Shown here piece by piece: positions 38,412 to 50,000 of a stretch of 64,000 nt of DNA. The stretch comes from Nymphaea colorata (taxonomy: Eukaryota). How positions within the stretch are numbered: position 1 is the stretch's first letter; each line of letters opens with the position of its first letter. The stretch lies in NCBI RefSeq assembly GCF_008831285.2, contig NC_045138.2:15624001-15688000 (forward strand). Direction: 5' to 3'. The position numbers and the translations under genes are program-made. The notes beneath the pieces were generated by a model. It was given only the letters and a program-made list of their open reading frames with translations. It searched no databases and was not told where the DNA came from.

Positions 38412-38663
38412 TACTCGCAGTCTTCTGTAATTTTTCAGAATTTGTGCCTCGAGATAGTTAGGCTCTGCTGATACTCGAGCTTTTCTCTTTTACCTCTTTG
38501 AATTCACTACACGGAGCACCTTTTAGTTCTCCAATTGCGGAGGCAGTTCCCTCGTCAGCGGTTGAACTGTTGAGGCATGTGAAAGTTGATTGTTACAGAG
38601 AATGACAGGCAATGAGATTTGCCAAGATTCAAATTTTAGGCACCTTAATATTAGAACTTTGTC

Positions 38664-38739
38664 CAAGAATGATGAATCGATTAGATGTGTGATTGGGAGT
38701 CTTTCAACGACTCATGAGGCATTTCAAGGTTCAACTTGC
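38664..38739 (+). pseudogene. Box C/D snoRNA, copy 3, with box D lost
   Basis: Paralogue of copy 1 (ATGATGA at 38669), but the terminal CTGA is replaced by CAA and there is an internal deletion. Confidence 0.6.
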
Positions 38740-38850
38740 TATATGTGACCACTTTATTTGAGCCATGATTCTCTTGAATTGTGTATGCCAACTTTCTTTC
38801 TGATTCCGTTTTTACTTAGAAATTGTAGTCGCTCCACTCTACTGTATTGA

Positions 38851-38942
38851 GTATCTAGTGTGATGAACCAATTAGATGTGTGAAATGGCTTCTGCCGTCA
38901 TGAACTGAACTACCGAGGCATTTCAAGGTTCTGACTTGATAC
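38851..38942 (+). ncRNA. Box C/D snoRNA, copy 4
   Basis: GTGATGA at 38860, AATTAGATG, CGAGGCATTT (10-nt rRNA complement), CTGA at 38931, and stem GTATCTAG/CTTGATAC. Confidence 0.72.
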
Positions 38943-41183
38943 TTTCTTTTTCCTGATATATATTGTCACGAATAAACTATATCATATTAATTGAGCCAGG
39001 AAATATGCAATACCTTGCTGAACTAAATCTATACGAGAAAATATCGAGGTGATGAAACTATCCTTTCAGACCATTCAATTATTTTTCCACCTCGAGGATC
39101 ATGAAAATTTTGGTTAATATAATACTTGGCCTATGGCCATGATAACTCACTCCATGTTTGTTTTTCTTCATGTTTCCAGTCTTTCCAGGTATCTCAAGTT
39201 GGATGGCTGACTAGTGACCTCATGGCATCTTGTCAATTTGGTGAAGCGTCAAAGCAAGTTTGTAATTGAAATCAATAAGCCCAAGGTTTTCGCTGTGTTG
39301 TGTCTGGTAGGGACTTTTTTGTCAGTCTTTTTGTATCTGTACATGTAACTTCGGATGGTGCTTAATAATTCGGACTCGAAAGCCTATGAAGCAAGGGGTT
39401 TGGACCTTTTCTGCCAAGGCATGTTAAAGTTTTGCACTGAAGTGAAATTATGAACAATGTTAAATATCACAAGTTTTGACGAAATATGTGAAATACAGAC
39501 AAGTTTTCAAGCATGCAATGAGAGATTGGGCGGAGTAAAAAATCACGAGTTACTTACTTCCAGTTCTAGTATCCGGAGGACCGAGGCCACCGTGTTTGAG
39601 ATCATTATATCCGTGAATCAGGCTCAGATTTGAAAAACATGATTCTCAACTAATTCTACTTCTCGCTTCTTGTGTCTTCGGGGAAATCCGATTAAAGTGG
39701 AACATACTTCCCGCTTCCGAAAATTCTGGATTCCTTCTTCAAGCTTTTGTCCATTAAAATTACCTGATAAAGCCTCTACGCACCGTCATGTATAGTTTCC
39801 TTGAGAAGCGGCCCCTCGTATATAGCTGTATGTCTATTATGAGAAAAATCTGCCTTTCTACTTCTCAACAGCATGGATTTCATCCTCCCTTTGAGACGGA
39901 ATGGACACAAAAATTGAGCTGGTAAAAAAAAACTATAATAAACTCTAGCATATGCACTTCGAATAGATGAAGCCGACTAAAGGACAGAAGACGCAGACTG
40001 TTCGAAGAAGAAGCACCATGGCACGATGCTAGCTACAGATAATAGACACTCGCGCACGAAGAGGGTCTACCACAGGAATGCCCACCTGAGGCGGGAGGCT
40101 TTTCCGTATTTATATTGTGTTGGAAAAAGTATAAATAGTTGCAAACCTCCATTACCCCCGAGTACACATACGGACGCAGAAGCACGCATATTTCTACAGC
40201 TACGGCACAACCAGAGAAAAGAAATGAGTAAACGACGAAGACATACTGCACGAGAACCTTCTGAACATGAGTTTCTATTTGGTTAATCGTGACCGATACG
40301 TCATTCTTTGTACATGGTTATAAACAAAATTTCGTTTGTCACAGTTTGTACCAAACTGACGTCCTCGCTGTCGTTCTCGAAAAGACCACCTTCACTAAAA
40401 AATTTGTAGCCTCCAGTTAGGACAATGCGTGAAAATATCATCACACGCATTGAAAGAACAAAGTATATAATATAGGCCATCACCTTCTGACGTGCCTCAT
40501 ATTTTTTCATTTTCACTCTTCATCTCTTTCTGTAGTCATTTTACTTCTCCTCTGCGGAAAATTCATGCCTTCTTCATTCATGAATGTGAACACTTCGATC
40601 AGCGAGAAGCAAACAAAGATGAATCTACGAGATTTATGAATCAGCACCCACCAAAACGGAAAAATGAAAAGTATGCTACTCACTCTTTGTATATGTGGCT
40701 TTATATTATCCCCCTTACTGTATCTGCTTAACTAGCAAAACTTTTTAAAATAATAACAAATTTCTTATACCTACAACCATCTGAAGTTTCGAACAAAATG
40801 TTTTGCAAGATAAAGCGACAAAAATCATTCGGTAATCTTCTGAACGACCAGAGAAATGGAATCCAAACACAACAAAGGTCCATATCGACAAGCATTTTAA
40901 TAAAAAATAACTATTTTTTTGCCCCAAAACCCATTCCCAAGATGTCTGTGCTATCCAACACCAACTGGTGGTGTCAAGCATCCATATCCTCTTCTACAAA
41001 AGTTTCAGTACTACCTGCGGACAAACACAGAAGTGACAGAACATAGTTGCCAAGGAGCACCGGAATCTTCAATAAAGGGCTAGTTTTTTACGCAAAATTG
41101 GATTATTCTCATCCCCGTTTTAGTCCCTAATAAGTAACTGCAGATGAAGAAGAGTACGACATTGAAGAGGAGCACCAGCATTT

Positions 41184-41774
41184 TCAATCGAGGAAGCCCG
41201 TCTTCCGCCAGACCGCATTCCGAACACGGCGGAGATCCCGTCCTTTGAGCGTCCGTCCCGCCCCTTCCAGAACCGAGAAGGCCGTCATCGGAGACCTTGC
41301 CGCTATCTCGTGAGGCGTAAAATTCCCCTCATCCTCCCCATCCTCCTCCTCCTCCCCTCTCCCGTCACCCCCGGACCCTAACCCCTTCTCCCTCATTCCC
41401 TTCCTCTTCGGCAACGCGGGAACACTCCGGGAAGCCGATTGTCGGAGTGATCCCCCGGCAGACGAGTCCAGAGACGTAGGGATCTCTTGCTGCCGGAGAG
41501 CCTCCCACATGGAAAAAGACGGCCTTAGCTCTGGCTTCCGGTACAGAATCCAGCGTCCGGGGGGCGTCTTCTCCTCCGAGACGGCAGCTAGAATCCCGCG
41601 GCTATCCGACCGGAAGAACGAAGGACGTGGCTGCAACAGGGAAGAGCCGTCCTGAATGCGCTGCACGGAGAACGGCCGGAGGACGTGGTGACCAGCACAG
41701 TTAGAGACGGAGCATCGAAGCTCGGCGCCTAGGATGCGATCGGGCGACAGTTTCCGATGGCGTCCGGAATCCAT
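41184..41774 (-). CDS. Senescence regulator S40 family protein (DUF584), single exon, 196 aa
   Basis: Contains [12 protein letters not shown] and the C-terminal [31 protein letters not shown]. Confidence 0.92.
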   Translation of the reverse strand: MDSGRHRKLSPDRILGAELRCSVSNCAGHHVLRPFSVQRIQDGSSLLQPRPSFFRSDSRGILAAVSEEKTPPGRWILYRKPELRPSFSMWEALRQQEIPTSLDSSAGGSLRQSASRSVPALPKRKGMREKGLGSGGDGRGEEEEDGEDEGNFTPHEIAARSPMTAFSVLEGAGRTLKGRDLRRVRNAVWRKTGFLD

Positions 41775-43060
41775 GTCGCCGCCGTTCGAGCTTTAGCCTA
41801 AATCTTGCAGCCCCGGCGATCGCCACCGGTTCGGTCCAAGCCACCGGTGGCGCGAGGAGGGGGCCGACGGTGAGTCGGGGGGACAGAGGGCGGCTCCACG
41901 CTATAAATAAATAGACGACGCTCTGGGCCCCACCGCATTCCCCCGCCATATGGTTCAGGAGGCCATGCGTTTGAACCCCCAAAGAAAGGCCACCATTTCG
42001 TCGCACCTAAGAAAAAAGCCTTTTCTTCTTCGCCAGCAACGTATGCAGATAATTCCAGTTCATCCAGAAATCTCCTGAAGCATTTCTTCTATTTCCTTCT
42101 CTGTCCTTTAGCAATCAACGTGCAAGTATGGGCACCTGGACTTGACCCTTAAGTTCAATTCACAAGCCGTTTTCCGAAGGAGGCGTCGCGTTGGGTCGTA
42201 ACCGTGTTTTCTTCTTTTGGGTCCAAGTGGGTCATGGATTTGGATTCTGGACTTTATTCAAGATCCAAGACCCATAAGTCCCACAAAACAGTTCGCGCTC
42301 GCGTGAGTTGATGTTACTCTCACCAAAAAGTAGTTTTGAATCTTACTCGAAATTAGATTGTGAATTTGCGTGACCAATGAGAATTTGATTACCATTTAGG
42401 TCAGGGCTTTTACTTGGGAATTTGATTACTAAGTAGATCATATTTTCCACTTGGGCATCAAGGGAGAAGGAGTCTTGGCTTCTCATTCCTCACCAGTACT
42501 AATGCACATTTCCAAAATCAAGTTCAACTAGTTGGGTTTGGATTTGGTTGGAAATTAGATAAAAATCATATGTTATAGACTTTTTGACAACATAAACATT
42601 AATACAATATTCCATGAATTTGCTCCAATCTTTGAAACAGATTTATGGAGCAGTGTGTTAGCATTCTTACTATCAAACGCCCACTTTAACATTTTTAATT
42701 TTAAGTCTGATTCGTAGAACATTGTGTTAGTGCTCCGATTGTCAAACTAAGTTACCTTAGGTAAAATCTAAAGAAAGAAATTGTGTTAGAATCATCAAAA
42801 TGTATGCATTTTTCAAACCCTTACAGTGAGCATCTATAGATCCAAGCCCACTAGCACGGTGTTGAAAGCAGGCACAAAGCTTACTGTCTGGCAGGAGACC
42901 ATCTGCCCTGACACACGAATAACAGATATGGAGGAAACAATCAAACTATTGTAGACTTTGCTTGAAATTTTACATGCAATCAAAATCTCAATCCTTGTTG
43001 CCTCAAGAAAGAGGTATTTAACATAATATACATGCAAATTGTAGCAAGAAACAGAGAAAA

Positions 43061-45889
43061 TTAAGAGCTTGTGTCCTTAAGTGGTGTGGACCAAGGATAC
43101 TTCATCGATGGATCCCGTGGCATTTGTCTGAAGTTGAGGAATGGTGCCCAAAGCATCAAGCTTCATAGAGAAACAGTAGGTTAAGACAATTGCAGGAGAG
43201 ATCATAGCATGAAAGCATAGCTCTGATAGGTTTTGGTTGGAACTAGAGTTAGGAACCATGTTTCACATGCAAAATCTGACATTCATGTAATATAATGTTT
43301 CCAATAGAACAACGTTCTCCATGTCCCTCTTCAAAGAAGCGTATTAATCTTTTTGCACATGAGAAATAAGAAGAGAATTCAGAAAAATCAACTCATGACT
43401 TGATCAGGAATGAACCCTACCAACTCTGAAATTTGGTTCAGCTTAACATCTAGCAGGTGGTAATTCCCAAATCTAGTCTTTCATGTGATACGAAGCAAAT
43501 GGTATCGCTTACTTTATCTAATGCACAAGTACCACCTCAATTTTCACTCTCTCAAACAGCTTCGACATTGATAGATCTGTGACTCAATGCATAACATCTC
43601 TTAGGTTTTCACCACTAACCAGGGAATTGATATGTGCAGGAACAGAGGCATGTAGACCTATTGCTCAGAGAACCAGCACACAAGTTGAAGATCGTGAACA
43701 ATAACGCAAGTACTATTACTGAACTATGACATTCAGAACTCTAAACTGCATAAACTGAAACATTAGATTAGCACCTAGCTGAGAAAGCAGTTCACCACTC
43801 AAATACTTGAATAATCTTTCTCTCTGATGAAAGAACGGCTCAATTTCAGTTCGAATTGCAGAGGGGCCATGGAGAATTCAAGTGAATCAAGGTTAAACAC
43901 AACACAACCAGAACAATTTTGGAACTCCCAAAATATTAAAGAGTAATACGTTCTTAACGTTCCACTTACCCTGGAAAGAACATGAACACACACAAGAACT
44001 GTACATACATCTCCAAGAGCTTCCTCTTGTACCACCGCAACCGAAGCCAATTAAAGATTATAGGCTGCAACGGAGCTCTATCAATATAACTGGAAATTTT
44101 CATTTATTCGATGCCACATAAAAGAAAAGGACATTGACATGGTTTGCTTACCGGCATGACCAAAAAGTACCAGAATGCGATGATGCCTGCTGAAATAAGC
44201 GTCCAGAATAAGTCTTCTTCTGCAGCACCAGTCACTGCGAGTGCCGGTTGTTCCATCTGCAGAGTAAGGCAATAGAAGAGAATTTTTAAAAAGAACTTCA
44301 TAAAAGAAAGAAAAGAAAATCTTGCCAAGCATGACGGAGATAGGTAACGCACAAGGACGAGGAATCCTGCAGATCCAATGAGACAACAAAGCTTCTGCAG
44401 GGAAAACCTTTCATTGAGTGCATCGAGTAATTTCTCTGGTGCCTACAGAAAATTTCAATTGCCATTAATTGCAGACAACATGAATGGGAGTATCCATGGT
44501 CGATTGTCCAGTTAGCACACGAAGGCAAGCAACCATCACCAAAAATCATTAAACGCATTCATTGGGATATTAGGTGTAAGCCAAACAACGCAATCAGAAA
44601 TATAATTGTCATTCAATTTAGTTACACATATCTTTGTGTTAGTTTATCAAAGGAGGACAACACCGAAGGAGAGGTGTATACCCTATATCTCTTAAACTTG
44701 GCTTTCAGATTCCAAAGGAAAAATTAGACTTGCATAAAACTGATTAATTCAAACGACCTTCAATATGAAATTTAATAACTCAGTCCTCAAATTATTAAAG
44801 ATGTTCCCAGATTTTGAGCCTCATCCTAAAGCAACTTAAAGATGTGCCAGTAGAGGTTATATTTCTTAAATTTTAGGTTTAACGTCTCCGAAGTAAGCTC
44901 CCAAAGCTGTAAAACTAGATTAAGCAATTTACAGTGACAAACGGGGTCCGACTCAAGAAATCGGAATGGGCAATGCAAGGTCCAATACAGCAACTCCTGA
45001 AGCCATGTCTTGACCGCATTGCAACGTTGTCAAAAAACAAGCAACTCTCACGCTCTAAACGACGGAAGACAAGGAAAGAAAACATCAGGGACCTTAGAAG
45101 ATTTGGTTAGATCATGTTTTCAGGAATTCCATTACATCAATAAAGATGATGCTTGAGGGCATAACGGTATTTAGCAATACAGAGAAATCAAGACACAACA
45201 AAGCAATGAGGCAGGCCCAGAAAGCAATGGAAATAGCATGGTGTCGTAACTAAAGAAATTTCAGTAGGCACTAGAAAAACTTATTGACAAAAAGAATGCT
45301 TCTGCGGTTGTTCAGACCTTTACACCTCCTCCAATCTGTTAACAAGTCTCTCCTACCAGCAGAACACCATCTAATTTAACAAGAAACATCTCAAGATGGG
45401 ACCAATTGTTTCGAGAAAAGAGATTAGTATCATTATTCCATTAGTAGTTTTACGTCGGGAGGAAAAAAAATCAGAGAATTTAACCATTAGAGGCAGTCCA
45501 AGGTTTGCTTCTTGACCAACAGTACTACTCGCTTCCTGTTATTTTGCAAACTAAGGAATAAAATTCACGGGCCAGATTGTATATACTCTCTCCCTCTCTA
45601 CCTGAAGGAGCAACTTCTCGAACCTCTGCACATTAACATCACGCGGCAATTTCAACGTCGATCCCGGTGGCATGATGGCTCGTCCATGTCCATATGATCC
45701 GACTGCGTCGATGTTCTCCATCGAGGCACGAGAGGTGGTGAGCCGACAGAATGAGTTGCTGCCCGCCTTACTCATCCTCTGCTCAGTCGTTGGACTCCTA
45801 CCTGACGTCAAGCTCGCAGCCGCAGCAGGCGAAAGGTAATTGCGGACGGGCAGGTGGCTTGTGGGCTGGACAACCGGCCGGGCGGCCAT
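43061..45889 (-). CDS. NdhL: NAD(P)H dehydrogenase-like complex subunit L (chloroplast); 5' structure uncertain
   Basis: Core exons 44256-44152, 44064-43970 and 43160-43061 encode EQPALAVTG...AFWYFLVMP|PIIFNWLRLRWYKRKLLEMYVQFLCVFMFFPG|LMLWAPFLNFRQMPRDPSMKYPWSTP. Probable first exon 45889-45602 and possible 42-nt exon 44394-44353, both joined in phase 0. Confidence 0.85.
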
Positions 45890-47079
45890 CTCGAAGATAA
45901 TCCGGCGAGGAGAAGAGAGAAGCTGCGGGCAGAGAGTCGGAAATGGCGGATATATTGGGACAATGACGACCCACGGGAGGTCCACGTTTTCGTGGCCTTC
46001 AAGCGCCGTGCTTGCCGCGTTATCTTTTCAGGAAATATATAGCAAGAAACAATCATAATTTCGATATTTAATGAGTTCAACCAGCTAAATTTTGAAAATA
46101 GCTTTACCACACCCTTATTTTTATTCTTTTTCCTCACAAATTACCTTACTAATGTAATTATACATTTAAAACATGATAAATCAATAGTATTATTAAATGT
46201 ATAGATAATTTTTTTAAATCATCGTAATTTCATGTCGTTATATGTTTCTAAACATAAACTGACAACTGCATAATTATTTTTCAGGAAAACCTTTTATAAA
46301 GGAACTGTAGGGAAAATCCCTGCTATTGTTAATTTCAGCTTCGTCTCGACCAATATGCAACGGATCCACTCTAGACTGTGACGACCCAGACCATGCGAAT
46401 ATTTTCATAATTTACTATATTTAATAATTAGTTAATACAAATTAATCTAATGCTGTTAGATGCATATTATATAGTATCATCCAGCAAATTAAAATAGTAT
46501 ATAAACCAAACAAATAGAACAATGTGGCTCATCAGGCTAGCGATGAGAACCTGATCATCAATTCGGTCGGTTCCTGTGAGCACTATACTTCTAGATAATA
46601 AGGTGAATGGTGCAGAATACTTGGCAACATGATTCCACTCGGCACCATCGGATCAGGGAGGACCAACGGAAGCGTATGTTTGCATTTTTCATGTCTAAGA
46701 AGAAGACCAACACCAAGTATTCATTTAAACGTCCAAGGGATTCTGATTTGTCCTGCCTCTCAATCCAAATCTGTAAACAGGAGATTTGGACTTTGGAGTT
46801 GATATTTTAAAAATTCATCTGAAAGTAAGACACAATGCAATAGTAGCAATACGACAAGCCTGAGAATTGAAGTCCTATCACTCCCCATTACGGTACACAA
46901 ATGGCAGCTGAGAGAGAGAGAGAGCACCGTGATTATGTAATAGCCGGAGGGTAAAAAAACACTAGGAAGTTTTCTCAGAGGTCCCGTTATTATACATATA
47001 AAAAACCAAAATAAATCATAGAGGAAAGCAGCAGCGGGAGACAAACAGAAAATTGGAGAAGGAAAAAGAGGAACAAGAA

Positions 47080-50000
47080 TCATCGACGTGAGGAAGAATA
47101 GGCATCAAGTTTTGGAAGCAAGCCACGCCAAGCATCGGCAATCTCATTGGCAAGTTTGGCCTGACCCTTCGCAAACTCGTGGAATGTGAAGCCCATATCC
47201 ATCGTCTTCTCTTCTTGAAATCGCACCATCTCCTGGTTCATTAATTTGACAATCGTCTCGAATCTCCTGGTAGCCTCCTCGCTCTCTGCTTTCAACTGAA
47301 TCACATTCAAGAACCAGAAACAAGCACACTGTGAATAGAGAAAGAGAGAGAGAGTGTGTGTATTTGTGTATTCCTGCGTGCAAAAAGATGTTCAGACGTC
47401 TTATGTGACAAAAGCAACAGAACAGGAGCAAGACTGCGAAACTCCTGGAGAATGCACAAGCACATCTGAGGTTACTGAAGATGGGTTGCATAATTCTCAG
47501 ACTACGAGATCTGGCTGTGGATCAGGTTTACATCTTTCTGTTTGCCAAATATAGCCTCCGATAACAAGCCATCTACAGGTCCAATTTTTCAAGCTAACGA
47601 GTGGATGAGACTAAAAATGCTGCAGACTTCTGTTTTAAATATCAGGATCAAGTAATAAAAACTAAAAACTGTATAATTGCGACATTATAAGCACTTACTT
47701 CCTTGCACTCTATTTCAGCTTCTGCTGCCTTCTCAGATCGAGCCAGCATCAGTCTCTCACTGCCATGCAAGAATAAAATGATTAAGCAAAATGCCTTAAG
47801 ACAACAAATAAAACACCCATATAAAGAAAGTTCCCATGCAGTGCTGCTGGGGAATAGGTGTGAAAAAAACACATATATAAAGTTAAATTTATTGCTTTAC
47901 TGTACATCATCAAGTATAACTAAACAGCATACGAAGTAACCATGGAGCCTTACAGGTTAATCTCCTTCAGCTTTGCTGTTTCTGTCAATTCACATTGCTG
48001 CCTGAAAGCATTTGCTCGGTCTGCCATGGTAGCCTATGCCCAAAAAAAAAAAAAAAAAAACAGAAATAAGCAAATAAAGAAACAAGCCCAGTCATGTCTT
48101 CCATCTGTCTGAAATTGAATAAAGTTCGCTAGAGCTTTCCTCCAGTTCCCTACTCCCTAGCATATCCCTGTTAATCTCATGGAGAAAACAATTACTATGA
48201 ACCCACCTTTATTGACTGCACAGCGCGTACATAATCCTTTAAAGGCTCTTCAAAGTTCATCAACACATTGTCAGCCTTCATTGGAAGTCAAGTCAGATAT
48301 CATTTCAGAATTTTGCTTTTACACAATAAATCAGTAAAGTAATAAAGATTAATATAGTTTGTTTTAGAGTTACATTATCTTTAAACTTATGACTAAAGAT
48401 ACCTCATTCTGAAGCTTGTAAGACAATATTTCGGCTTTCATGCCAAAATCTGAAAATGCTTTACCAAGAGAATTTCCCTCACAAGCACCTAAGAGCTTGA
48501 CTGCCTTTCCAAAGTCAGACAAGGATTGTCCCAACTCTGAGAAATAGCAAAATAATATTAAATCAGTCTTAATTTGGCAGAATTGTAGGAAAAAATGGCC
48601 CGCTCTAAAGTAAACTGAATTCTTCGAAAAACAGCAGGAAGCTGCTGCTCAAACAGGAAAAAAGAAACAAATAAAGGACTTTTCCTCTCAAGTTGTTGAA
48701 TACCTCTGTGTCTCTTCACAAGACGAAAGGCCTGCTTTTGTGCCTCAGCCAGGTGCTCTTCTAGCTCAAAAATATACTGTTTCAGTTTCTCATATTCAGG
48801 GTCAGATTCTTCAACAGGCTTTTCCTTCCCAAGCACAACATCAGTTACCCTCGTCTGGACCTCCTATAAAACGTAAATGTTCAACCACAAGCACAGTAGC
48901 ATCAGATAATATTAGAACGAGGCATCCCAAGTACAAAGCCGTATAGAGCTTGAAAGACCATAATGTTTTTATACATATGGTACACATCCAAAGCAAGATT
49001 CACATGGAAAAATGTAAACATTATCAATAAGATCAAACAATATCACCAAAGCCTGTGTCTCTCTTAATTTGCATTTTACCAAAACTGAAAACAAGCAAGT
49101 TATCAACCTATCACAGTCAAGCAGTAAGTACTACATGAAGCGCAGCAATCAGAAACTACTCAGTCCAAAAGATCCCCTTCCATGTCTATCATGCAGGTTG
49201 AAATTATAAAGAACAATTCAAAAGAATAGATGCCATTGAGCGAGAATAGATACTCAGCCCAAAAGACCCCCTTCCAGGTCCTGCTCTCATCTGTTCAAGC
49301 TCAGTTTGCCCCACAAGCCAGTCTTAAGAACCATTGAGCGAGAATAGATGCTCTGAACTGGCAGAAATGTTGTAACTTCTCAGATCTTCAAGTTCTATGA
49401 ATGGACAATTAAGAATGAAGATTCATAGAAATGGATATGTATGCCACAGGATGGGAAATATATGTTTGTAACAGCTTTCAAGTTCAATGACACCAGAAAA
49501 AGGAAAATTATAATTGACGATGACAAAATTGATGAATGAAATCAATTCAACGGCGAGCAAAAAATGGATGCCAATGCTACTTATCCCAAACCTATTAGAC
49601 AAAATACCTTAATCATTTGCATCAGATCAGCAGGCTTCTTTTTAAAAATGCCCATCTCCAGAGATCTTGCCCTCTCCATGGTCTGGAAAAAGGGAAGCAA
49701 TATGGTATAAACAATACACTCATAGAAAGAGAAACAATTTATCAAGAAGTGATATGTATGGATAGATACAAACAAAAACCACTTGGCCAAACTTGTCTCA
49801 TGAGGACGCTAAAGGTTTATTTTAGGTACACACTTTTCAAGATTACACCTGAGATAAGAAGTCTTTGCACTCAAAATTTGCCCAATATTATTATGAGCTA
49901 ACAATGAATAATTGAATGAATGTTCTCATTTGTAGCTTACCAAACAAAGCAAATAATTCTGTGGTAGTAAAATGCTCATCCTTTGCGAAAAAGAAGTATT

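Noticed and set aside
39572..39586. ATCCGGAGGACCGAG, identical to a short 25S rRNA stretch as recalled
   Set aside because: Only 15 nt with no flanking similarity; probably chance.
39900..41100. Possible spliced minus-strand exons downstream of S40
   Set aside because: No coherent reading frame or recognisable product.
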